Origin: Candidatus Methanomethylicus oleisabuli
GTDB taxonomy: Archaea; Thermoproteota; Methanomethylicia; Methanomethylicales; Methanomethylicaceae
Length of the DNA: 60,815 nt
Direction of reading: 5' to 3'
NCBI GenBank assembly: GCA_001717025.1
Contig: MAGU01000079.1
Span: forward strand, 1-60,815
The notes under the pieces are model-generated. The model was given only the letters and a program-made list of their open reading frames with translations, was not told the DNA's origin and ran no database searches. The position numbers were made by a program, and so were the translations under genes. Below are positions 53,090 through 60,815 of this stretch, piece after piece; the first letter of the stretch is position 1; the number at the start of each line of letters is the position of its first letter.

Positions 53090-54334
53090 ATGGAAGGAAG
53101 AACACCATATCAGATGGCTTTAGAGCAGTTGAATAAATGCGCAAAAATAATGAAGCTGGACCCAAACGTGCATGAGATGCTGAAGTACCCGAAGAGGGTG
53201 CTCACGGTAAACGTCCCTGTCAGGATGGATGACGGCAGGATTAAGGTATTCACGGGATACAGGTCGCAGCATAACGACGCGCTGGGACCCTTCAAGGGCG
53301 GCGTGAGGTACCACCCGAATGTCTCTGTGGAGGAGGTCATGGCGCTCTCGATATGGATGACGTGGAAGTGCTCAGTCGCGGGCATACCGCTGGGCGGAGG
53401 GAAGGGGGGAATAATATGCGACCCAAAGAAGCTGAGCCCCGGCGAGCTGGAGAGGCTGTCAAGGGGGTACTTCGCGGCGATCCGGAACATCGTAGGTCCG
53501 GATATGGACATCCCGGCGCCTGACGTCAATACAGGAGGCAGGGAGATGGCGTGGTTCCTCGACGAGTATAACAAGTACAAGGGCTGCAACAACCCAGGCG
53601 TAGTTACTGGGAAGCCGCTCGAGATAGGAGGGTCGCTGGGAAGAACCGAGGCGACTGGCAGGGGGCTATCGATCGTTGCAAGGGAGGCCGCGAGGAGGCT
53701 CGGTATAGACTTCAAAAAGTCGGATGTCGCGGTCCAAGGGTTCGGGAATGTAGGATATTACTCAGCAAAGTTCATGCAGGAATTCGGTTGCAGGATAGTC
53801 GCTCTCAGTGACTCGAAGGGCGGCGTCTACAACCCGAATGGGATCGACGTGGAGGCGCTGCTTGCTTACAAGCAAAAGAGCGGCAAGCTCTCGGGATTCC
53901 CGGGCAGCAAGGAGGTCACGAACGAGGAGGTACTCGAGGTTCCGTGCGACATACTGATACCTGCCGCGCTGGAGAACCAGATAACGAAGGAGAATGCAGG
54001 AAGGGTGAAGGCGAGGCTCGTACTCGAGGGTGCCAATGGTCCAACCACGCCTGAGGCCGATGAGATGCTATTCAAGAGGGGCATCGTAGTGATCCCCGAC
54101 ATACTTGCAAACGCCGGCGGCGTGAGCACGTCCTACTTCGAGTGGGTCCAGAACGGGCAGAACTACTACTGGACCTACGACGAGGTGCTTCAGAAGCTCG
54201 ACAAGCTCATGACGGCCGCCTTCGCGAACGTCTGGGAGAGCTATAAGAAGTACAACGTGGAGATGAGGATGGCGGCATACATCTGCGCGATCGAGCGCGT
54301 GACGGCGGCTATGAAGGTTAAAGGCTGGTGCTAA
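53090..54334 (+). CDS. gdhA: glutamate dehydrogenase
   Basis: GPFKGGVRYHP, IPLGGGKGG and VQGFGNVG Rossmann motif, 414 aa. GGAGAGG 7 nt upstream of the ATG. Confidence 0.96.
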   Translation: MEGRTPYQMALEQLNKCAKIMKLDPNVHEMLKYPKRVLTVNVPVRMDDGRIKVFTGYRSQHNDALGPFKGGVRYHPNVSVEEVMALSIWMTWKCSVAGIPLGGGKGGIICDPKKLSPGELERLSRGYFAAIRNIVGPDMDIPAPDVNTGGREMAWFLDEYNKYKGCNNPGVVTGKPLEIGGSLGRTEATGRGLSIVAREAARRLGIDFKKSDVAVQGFGNVGYYSAKFMQEFGCRIVALSDSKGGVYNPNGIDVEALLAYKQKSGKLSGFPGSKEVTNEEVLEVPCDILIPAALENQITKENAGRVKARLVLEGANGPTTPEADEMLFKRGIVVIPDILANAGGVSTSYFEWVQNGQNYYWTYDEVLQKLDKLMTAAFANVWESYKKYNVEMRMAAYICAIERVTAAMKVKGWC

Positions 54335-54369
54335 GGATGGCGGCTCTGACGGCGCATGCGCATGCGCCG

Positions 54370-54888
54370 TCACTGCTCCAGTTTGAACTTCTTCAGCAAT
54401 GTGCCGACCTTTTCTTTTAGATCCTCATCGACGGTCAGTACTGCCATTCCCCTCTCAGGCATCCCATAGATGACGAGAGAACCGATCGGGCTCAGCTCGA
54501 TCGCGGGTAGCGAGAGCAGATCCTCTTCCCCGTCAACAGATATCAGGACAGGAGCCTCAGAGATGAGGGCCCGCTCGAGCGCAGCCACGGCATCGTCGGT
54601 GATGCAGCCCTGAGGATTCCTGACCCTTATTGCGCCCTCGCATACGATGGAGGCGATGAAGTCGGACCGGCGGGTCTTTGTATCGAAAATTCCGATGTCA
54701 GGCATGTACCCCGCCTCCAAGAAGTGATGCAGGGTGAAGTCACCAACGACTACCACCTTTGGTGGATGCCTGGAATAGATTATCTTCAATGCATCTCTGA
54801 CGTTCTCGCTAGGCGTGCCGGTCAGGAGCGTGCCAAAAGTTTCGGAGAGCTCGCCCCTGAGGCAATCAGGCATCCTCAGGAGGGGCAA
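54370..54888 (-). CDS. GTP-dependent dephospho-CoA kinase (DUF359 family)
   Basis: VVVGDFTLHHFLEAGYMPDIGIFDTKTRR...VDGEEDLLSLPAI. Conserved neighbour of Spt4. Confidence 0.82.
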   Translation of the reverse strand: MPLLRMPDCLRGELSETFGTLLTGTPSENVRDALKIIYSRHPPKVVVVGDFTLHHFLEAGYMPDIGIFDTKTRRSDFIASIVCEGAIRVRNPQGCITDDAVAALERALISEAPVLISVDGEEDLLSLPAIELSPIGSLVIYGMPERGMAVLTVDEDLKEKVGTLLKKFKLEQ

Positions 54889-54891
54889 CGC

Positions 54892-55110
54892 TTACCGCAC
54901 CTTGATGGCGTATCTTCCTGTCTGCTTCGCCCCTATGGCGCTGGCGAGCTGTGCGTTCGTGTCCATTATGATTATTATGCCGCTCCACTCGTCGGATAGG
55001 TCGCTGCCGCCGCAGATAGGGCATTTGGTCTGGTCCTCGGCCAGTATGATCTTGCATTTGCGGCACGCATACTTTGTAGAGGAGGGCGCCTCCTTGCCTT
55101 TTTTGCTCAT
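54892..55110 (-). CDS. spt4: transcription elongation factor Spt4
   Basis: CRKC...CPICG zinc ribbon followed by WSGIIIIMD. Confidence 0.9.
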   Translation of the reverse strand: MSKKGKEAPSSTKYACRKCKIILAEDQTKCPICGGSDLSDEWSGIIIIMDTNAQLASAIGAKQTGRYAIKVR

Positions 55111-55712
55111 TTCTTCTCACCCTGTGGGGCTTGCTCAACAGCCCCCACCTTCTCGCCGTGGAGCTTCTTAAGGTCCGCCTCGACCCACTTCAAAGACCCA
55201 AGGAACGGCTGCCTCATAGTCATGCCTATCTTGCTGCGCGTAGAGCCGCCCCTGCTCAGGCTCACCGTGCTCACCCTTGCCCTTACGAGGTTACCCTTCT
55301 CGATTATGCGCTGGCTCTCCCTGCCTATCAAGGCGTTCCTCTTCGGGTCGTGGGTTATGTAGTCGTCCATAATCTGTGAGACATGGACCAGCCCATCGAT
55401 TGGGCCAATCCTGACGAATATGCCATAGTCGTTCACCTCGACTACCTCCCCCTCTACAACCTCCTGAATCATAGGCATGAGAACCAGCATATCGAATGAT
55501 GCCCTGTAGAAGAGCGCCCCATCGCCTGGCAGTATCTTGCCAAACCCCTTGACCTCGACGTTAAGGATGGCCAGAACGATGCCGAACTCCCGCATCACAA
55601 CGTCCTCGTAATTTGAGCGCAGCACCTCCGATGCAATCTCATCCAGCGAGCGCCCAAACTTCTCCGGCGGAATTCTTACTACATCGTTCATGTGGAGAAG
55701 CTTATACACCAA
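55107..55712 (-). CDS. rpoE: DNA-directed RNA polymerase subunit Rpo7 (E')
   Basis: N-terminal RNP-like domain plus S1 domain (VVEGEVVEVNDYGIFVRIGPIDGLVHVSQ). Confidence 0.94.
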   Translation of the reverse strand: MVYKLLHMNDVVRIPPEKFGRSLDEIASEVLRSNYEDVVMREFGIVLAILNVEVKGFGKILPGDGALFYRASFDMLVLMPMIQEVVEGEVVEVNDYGIFVRIGPIDGLVHVSQIMDDYITHDPKRNALIGRESQRIIEKGNLVRARVSTVSLSRGGSTRSKIGMTMRQPFLGSLKWVEADLKKLHGEKVGAVEQAPQGEKK

Positions 55713-55818
55713 TGACCACCAGAAGTTAATGATTATTGGATAAGGCTACTCAAAGGGCTATAAAAACTTAATGCAGATAGAGCATCGGCATGTAATGCGC
55801 ATCACGGATCAGGCAAGG

Positions 55819-56235
55819 TCATCCGAGGGGGACGTCCCCGGTGACCAGCCTGCCATCCTTGAGGTAGATGACAGGGACGCCCACTGCGAGAAGCCTCCTG
55901 CGGAGCGGGGAGTCTGCGGTAGCGACTATGTACCCGCCTCGCGTTGCAAGGTTCTCCAGTTTGTCGTCGACTGTCCTTCCGTCGACGCTCGCCCTAATCG
56001 TCTTGAACTGAGACGCTATCCTGAGGGCCAGGGCGGCCACCTTGCTCCGCTTCCCGGGCCCTCTTGACAAGGACTCGAGCTCAGAGATTACAAATGAAGG
56101 AACCAGGACGGAGTTCAGCGACATTTGCTCCAAAGAGTGGACGATGTCGAATGGCTGGGACGCGGAGTAGATCAGGATATTGGTGTCCAGAATGACGCTG
56201 AGCAGCGGCCCCCTGGGACTACTGGACGAAGCCAT
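55819..56235 (-). CDS. PIN domain protein, Fcf1/Utp24-like (COG1412-type)
   Basis: VILDTNILI...VPSFVISELE...VATADSPLRRRL. Conserved aIF2gamma-PIN-Rpo7 order. The true start MASSSS (56235) overlaps the aIF2gamma end. The track ORF to 56385 is an extension. Confidence 0.82.
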   Translation of the reverse strand: MASSSSPRGPLLSVILDTNILIYSASQPFDIVHSLEQMSLNSVLVPSFVISELESLSRGPGKRSKVAALALRIASQFKTIRASVDGRTVDDKLENLATRGGYIVATADSPLRRRLLAVGVPVIYLKDGRLVTGDVPLG

Positions 56236-57454
56236 AGCCGATAAGCCGCCACCTTCCAGCAAGCATCCTGCTGATCGCCACTCGCGCACCGTCCTCGACG
56301 CACACGGGACGCTTGAGGGCCAGCTGCGCATCATCCTTATATGCGGCGACCACAGCGCCCACGGTGACCGATGACCCGACGACAAGCATCAGAGTCTCCC
56401 TGGCCTTAAGGTGCTCGACCTTCTGCATCTCCTTGGTTCCGACAACGCGGTCAAGGAGCGTGACCTTGAGCTTCAGCTCCACCCTTGTTGGGGGCAGCGA
56501 GCCTGGCTTGCCTACAACGCTCCCAACGAGGCTATCCGCCTTCGTTAGGGTCGGGTCAAGCATTGTCCCTAGGCCAACGAGCCCTCCCGGACCAACCTCG
56601 TTCACTGGCGTGCTGCCAGACATGAGGCTTGAGATGAAGGTATGGATCGGCTCGTATGACACTTTTCCACCCTGTTCTATCTTCATGCCAGGCCTGATCT
56701 CGATCTCATCGCCTACCTTGAACTTGCCCTGCAGAAGGGAACCGCCCAAGACCCCTCCGCGGATCTTCTCAATCGTCATGCCGGGCATGTTCACGTCGAA
56801 CGATCTCGCAACGTAGAGCCTCGCGGGCTTTGTGGGATCCCTCTTCGGCGTCGGTATGTGATCCTGCAACGCGCCTATAAGGTAGTCAATGTTGGCGCCA
56901 TGCAGTGCTGAGATTGGGACGATGGGCGCGCCCTCAGCAATCGTCCCCTTTGTGAACTCTAGAATCTGCTTATAGTTCTCCTCGACCTTCTCCTTATCAA
57001 CGGCATCTATCTTGTTCTGAACTATTACTATCTTCTGCACTCCAATAATCTCTAGCGCAACAAGGTGCTCGCGCGTCTGTGGCTGAGGGCAGTCCTCTGC
57101 GGCAGATATGATCAGCATAGAGCCGTCCATAAGTGCGGAGCCGGAGAGCATAGTTGCCATAAGGCTCTCGTGCCCTGGGGCGTCGACGAAGGAGACCTTC
57201 CTTAGGAACTCCGTCGGTACGTTGTGGACTGGGCACACCTCCGCGGTAGTATAGCACTCTGGCTCTGAGCACTTCGGGCACCTCCTGAAGACAGTATCAG
57301 CGTAACCTAGCTTGATCGTGATGCCCCTCTTCAGCTCCTCGCTGTGGTGCGCCGCCCAAGTCCCACTGAGTGCAGCAACGACGGTGGTCTTGCCGTGGTC
57401 CACATGACCGGTAAGACCAATGTTGCACTCAGACTGCCGCTTTTCTTCGCTCAA
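56219..57454 (-). CDS. eif2g: translation initiation factor 2 subunit gamma
   Basis: NIGLTGHVDHGKTT, zinc knuckle CPKC...C, DAPGH and NKID. Confidence 0.96.
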   Translation of the reverse strand: MSEEKRQSECNIGLTGHVDHGKTTVVAALSGTWAAHHSEELKRGITIKLGYADTVFRRCPKCSEPECYTTAEVCPVHNVPTEFLRKVSFVDAPGHESLMATMLSGSALMDGSMLIISAAEDCPQPQTREHLVALEIIGVQKIVIVQNKIDAVDKEKVEENYKQILEFTKGTIAEGAPIVPISALHGANIDYLIGALQDHIPTPKRDPTKPARLYVARSFDVNMPGMTIEKIRGGVLGGSLLQGKFKVGDEIEIRPGMKIEQGGKVSYEPIHTFISSLMSGSTPVNEVGPGGLVGLGTMLDPTLTKADSLVGSVVGKPGSLPPTRVELKLKVTLLDRVVGTKEMQKVEHLKARETLMLVVGSSVTVGAVVAAYKDDAQLALKRPVCVEDGARVAISRMLAGRWRLIGYGFVQ

Positions 57455-57819
57455 GACGTCTTCCCTGCTTGCTCGCTCTTCAACAGAGTTGCGTTTATTT
57501 GGACTATGTCTTCTGTTATCATGCTTCCCCTAACGAGCTTCCTCCTCCGCTCCCCGTCGTTCTTCGGCTTGTAGCCAGGAGGGCCTGCTAGGAGTATGCG
57601 CCTCTTTGCGCCACCAGGTATGTCACCCCTGAGCGGGATTCCGCTCTTGTCGCTCCCGCCAGTAATCATAGCCATCTGACCTGGGAAACCATACGCGTCT
57701 GCGTTGAATTCGTCCTTGATCCTAAGACCAATGAAGGACTGTGCCTGTGCATCGGCGACGGTTACCGTCTTCGACTTCCCGTCTGCAGGGTTTGACAATA
57801 CGAGTTTTAACTCTACCAA
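57451..57819 (-). CDS. rps6e: ribosomal protein eS6
   Basis: LVLSNPADGKSKTV...ITGGSDKSGIPLRGD...RRRKLVRG. TTG start after GGTGATC. Confidence 0.92.
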   Translation of the reverse strand: MVELKLVLSNPADGKSKTVTVADAQAQSFIGLRIKDEFNADAYGFPGQMAMITGGSDKSGIPLRGDIPGGAKRRILLAGPPGYKPKNDGERRRKLVRGSMITEDIVQINATLLKSEQAGKTS

Positions 57820-57922
57820 TCAGATCACCGCAGTAACTGTTATTGATAGGAGCCAAAAACCTGTTTTAGTTTATATCCCTTTCGCAGAAGGTCAGGCGTT
57901 GAGGGAAGCGGATGGCGCCCTT

Positions 57923-59720
57923 TCAGAATGATGTGCGCTTCCACTTTATGGCGGTGATCTTTTCGATGATTGCGAGTTCGTCCTCGCCGATATTGTTGCT
58001 GTACTTCTCCTTTAGGAGGAATAGGTCGTTGTCCGGGATCGAGACGTACAGGGACTCGCCCTCCACCACCTGCCGGCCGAGCGTTATGTCGGACTTCAGC
58101 GAGACGGCAATCTTGTCGCCGCGCTTCGCCTCCTGGAGGGTCTTACCGCTGTCCTGGATCTCCTTGATGCTGCCGATGCGCTCCAGGTTCGCCTTCATGA
58201 GGATGTACCCCGGCTTGATCATCCCGCCCATTACTTCCACACCCGCTATTGGCGGGGAGTTCTTCCTGAAGATGCAACCGGGCAGAATCCTGATCTCTCC
58301 CGGTCGCACAATGGAGCCGAACTCGCGGTTCCGCATATCTTCGACGAGCTTGGACGACCATGCATTGAAGTCGTCCACGATATGGTATATCACGTTACTG
58401 GTGAAGATCGGGATGCCCCACTCCTTAGCCTCGGACTCGGCATCTGGGGAGACCTTTATGTTGAAGCCCACCACGGCGGCCAGCTCGGGCTTGCTGCGCT
58501 TAACTATGCCAGCCTCTATGAGGTCTCTCCTGCTTACGGGGCCTATATCCGAGATCCTCACGGGCACCCCCTGATCCTTGAGGAACTTCACGAGCGCCTC
58601 CAAGGAGCCGAGCGTGTCAGCCTTCACTATCACCCCCTCGTTGTCCGAGGAAAACCTGAGCTCAGACATCTCCTCCTTGATCTTCTTAGATACGGACTGC
58701 AGGGACGCATCATCGTTTGCAACCATCACAGGGGCGCCTGCTACAGCCTTGTCCAACGACGGCGCCACCACCTTCACACCAGCCGCTGCGGCGGCCGAGT
58801 TCACGTACTGGAACTTGTCCTCGGGATCCATTGTGTCATTCATCGGCTTGGGAAGCAGCAGGGCGCGTATCTTGGAGACCTGAGGGCCATCGAAGCTACC
58901 GAACACTATCCGGTCTCCCTTGTTTATCACGCCATCATAGAGTATCATGTCAATGGTGCTCCCCAAACCATGCTCCTCCTTGGTCTCGAGTATGACGCCG
59001 CTCCCGGGTCCGTCGGTAACGGCCAGGCGCTTGACGAGATACTGCTGCACGAGCCCGCACAGGAGCGCCAAGAGTTCGGGTATGCCCTCACCGGTCGTTG
59101 CGCTGGTGGGGATTATAGCAACAGCTTTGGTGAAGTCGCGTATACGGTCATATCTATCTGACGAGAATCCGAACTTGGACATGCCGCCTACTATTCGGTA
59201 GAGCTTATCGTCCACCCGATTCTGGACAAGTGGGGTCTGGAGCTTCAGGGACTCTACGAATGGCTTGTCTGGGTGCGGCACCCATCCAGGAATTTTGTCG
59301 ATCTTGTTTGCGGCAATTATGAACGGCGTCTTGCGTGACTGCAATATGCTGATGCACTCCTCAGTCTGCTTCTCGACCCCCTCAATAACGTCTATGACCA
59401 GGATGGAGATGTCAGACACTGAGCCGCCCCTCATCCGGAGGTTGGAGAATACCTCGTGGCCAGGCGTGTCTATAATCAGTATCCCGGGTATGCTCACTCT
59501 GGACTGGAATCCCTTAACTACCGTGCTGCAGTAGTTCTCGATCACGCCTATTGGCAGGAAGCTTGCGCCGATGTGCTGGGTTTGCCACTGCGCCTCACTG
59601 CGCAGCCATGGCCCCAACCTCGCGCGACATGACTGCCGAACCCCTGATCTTGTCCAGCAGCAGCGTCTTGCCGACGTCCACATGACCGAGCACAGTGACT
59701 ATTGGCTGTCTGATTGGCAT
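57923..59720 (-). pseudogene. infB: translation initiation factor aIF5B (IF-2), reading frame interrupted in the switch I region
   Basis: The G1 motif ([27 protein letters not shown]) is in ORF 59595-59720, which ends at TGA. TQHIGAS, DTPGH, NKID and domains II-IV are in the +1 frame (57923-59683). Confidence 0.85.
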
Positions 59721-59754
59721 CGTTGTTCGCCATATTTTAGAAAAACGCCCGCCC

Positions 59755-59762
59755 TTATAAAA
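59755..59762 (-). promoter_or_regulatory. TATA box for aIF5B
   Basis: Minus strand TTTTATAA is centred about 38 nt upstream of ATG 59720. Confidence 0.4.
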
Positions 59763-59828
59763 GATAGAGGTCGGGGGAGCGCGGCTCGGACCTGCAAGCC
59801 AGAAGCCGAGTGAGGCTTTCATGGCGGT

Positions 59829-60278
59829 TCAGGACACCCACTCAGCGTCCAGCCTAGAATACTCCATCAGATCAGATGGACCGAAGAATATCGAGAGCTC
59901 CTTTGCGGCATTATCGGAGGAGTCCGATGCGTGGATAACATTCATGCTCTTGGAGCACGAGAAGTCACCGCGTATGGTACCAGGCTGTGCCTCTTTAGAA
60001 TCCGTGGCACCTATAACACGCCTTACAACTGCCACCGCGCTCTCACCTTCGACAGCCAGGACCACGACGGGAGCTGACCTTATGAAGGCGACAAGTTCAC
60101 CAAAGAACGGCTTCTCCTTATGGACGGCGTATAGCTTTCCAGCCTGCTCCTGCGACATGTGGATCATCCTCATGCCGACGATCTTTAGGCCCTTCGCCTC
60201 CAGCCTCTGTAGGACCCGGCCGATTAGACCGCGGACCACGGAGTCTGGCTTTATCATCACGAAGGTGCGCTCGATCAT
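59829..60278 (-). CDS. ndk: nucleoside diphosphate kinase
   Basis: ERTFVMIKPD, PGTIRGDF and NVIHASDS (active-site His). Confidence 0.96.
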   Translation of the reverse strand: MIERTFVMIKPDSVVRGLIGRVLQRLEAKGLKIVGMRMIHMSQEQAGKLYAVHKEKPFFGELVAFIRSAPVVVLAVEGESAVAVVRRVIGATDSKEAQPGTIRGDFSCSKSMNVIHASDSSDNAAKELSIFFGPSDLMEYSRLDAEWVS

Positions 60279-60457
60279 TTGCTAGGCACCTTGGCTGACC
60301 ACTTGAAGCGGCGCGGAACCCTCTTGAGCTCAAGCATGTTCTTGCGGCATTTGCTGGAGCAGAAGCGCAGGATCGTGCCGTCGTTCTTTACGAACATCAT
60401 GCCACTGCCTACAGGCATGTCCTTGCTGCAGAACGAACATTTGAATACCCTGACCAT
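60275..60457 (-). CDS. rpl24e: ribosomal protein eL24
   Basis: KCSFCSKDMPVGSGMMFVKNDGTILRFCSSKC. Confidence 0.93.
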   Translation of the reverse strand: MVRVFKCSFCSKDMPVGSGMMFVKNDGTILRFCSSKCRKNMLELKRVPRRFKWSAKVPSK

Positions 60458-60505
60458 CTTTAACGCCCCAATCCAAAACGGTTAACCTGTGCAATTTAAT
60501 AACTT

Positions 60506-60724
60506 TTACCTCGGCATGAGCTTCTTTGCCTCACGCTCGGTCTCCCTGAGCATCAGAACGTCCCCGACCCTTATCGGGCCCTTGACGTTGCGAGTCAGGA
60601 TCCTCCCCTTGTCCTTGCCCTCGTTGACGCGCACCCTGACCTGTATCACTTCTCCGGTTACGCCTGTGCGGCCGACGATCTGGATGACTTCAGCGGGCGA
60701 AACTTCACCCATATCTTTGCTCAT
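60506..60724 (-). CDS. rps28e: ribosomal protein eS28
   Basis: [23 protein letters not shown]...[27 protein letters not shown]. Confidence 0.94.
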   Translation of the reverse strand: MSKDMGEVSPAEVIQIVGRTGVTGEVIQVRVRVNEGKDKGRILTRNVKGPIRVGDVLMLRETEREAKKLMPR

Positions 60725-60758
60725 AAGTCAAGCCTCCATACAAAATAGGGGCAGGAGG

Positions 60759-60815
60759 TTAAGCCTTACCCTCTTCCTTGGCAGGCTTCTCCGGGGCAGC
60801 TGCCTTCTTGGCGGG
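60759..60815 (-). CDS. C-terminal end of an upstream CDS, possibly L7Ae by synteny
   Basis: Open frame ...PAKKAAAPEKPAKEEGKA then stop (TAA at 60761-60759). A second frame is also open. L7Ae-S28e-L24e is the usual order. The family cannot be seen from 18 residues. Confidence 0.3.
   Translation of the reverse strand, partial: PAKKAAAPEKPAKEEGKA

Noticed and set aside
55819-56385. 50-codon extension of the PIN-domain ORF into aIF2gamma
   Set aside because: The extension is Ser/Trp/Arg-rich and lies within the aIF2gamma coding region. PIN homology begins just after the MASSSS start at 56235.
58382-59161. 259-aa ORF, and the neighbouring 220-aa ORF 57912-58574, antisense to aIF5B
   Set aside because: Both are shadow ORFs within the aIF5B body, with no motifs. 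The minus-strand frame carries clear GTPase and domain II-IV homology.

Overview
This window is an archaeal chromosomal core region. It is GC-rich, roughly mid-50s percent judged by eye, not computed. It holds about 80 genes, and all but about 7 are on the minus strand, often joined by 4-nt ATGA/GTGA overlaps.

The content is dominated by conserved information-processing clusters:
- leuS and alaS.
- L11-L1-P0-P1 with Spt5 and SecE.
- L39e-L31e-aIF6-LX-PfdA-FtsY.
- PDCD5-like, S19e and Rnp4.
- Nep1 and aEF-2.
- The exosome/proteasome superoperon: L15e, DUF54-like, Pop5, PsmA, SBDS, Rrp4, Rrp41, Rrp42, L37Ae, Brix, Pcc1, PfdB.
- S3Ae, a RecJ-like protein and S15.
- KEOPS genes Kae1 and Bud32, plus a second Pcc1-like ORF.
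- S27ae-S24e.
- DPCK-Spt4-Rpo7-PIN-aIF2gamma-S6e.
- aIF5B-Ndk-L24e-S28e.

There are two tRNAs (Arg-CCT and Gly-CCC). I saw no rRNA and no CRISPR array. Metabolic and transport genes are OTCase, DtdA, PHI, an ECF energizing module, a DHH phosphoesterase, GDH, GlmM and a GlmU-like enzyme, a radical SAM protein, YchF, and a Re-citrate-synthase-like enzyme with a CBS partner.

The only clearly accessory stretch is about 3.6 kb immediately 3' of tRNA-Gly (19147-22743). It carries a catalytic-domain-only tyrosine integrase ORF, tiny membrane ORFs, Cys-rich/C2H2-like ORFs and an orphan 592-aa membrane protein.

Other anomalies worth checking:
- aIF5B is split by a frameshift at a 10-nt-periodic direct repeat.
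- The GlmU-like gene has its conserved N-terminus upstream of the first canonical start, at an ACG preceded by a well-placed SD.
- L31e has a 93-aa low-complexity N-terminal extension built on hexanucleotide repeats.
- A two-gene metabolic cassette flanked by AT-rich spacers interrupts the exosome superoperon.

I found no convincing multi-gene defence-type system. The tRNA-Gly islet is the best candidate for something undescribed, and I state that with low confidence. All family assignments come from motif recognition by eye. No searches were run.
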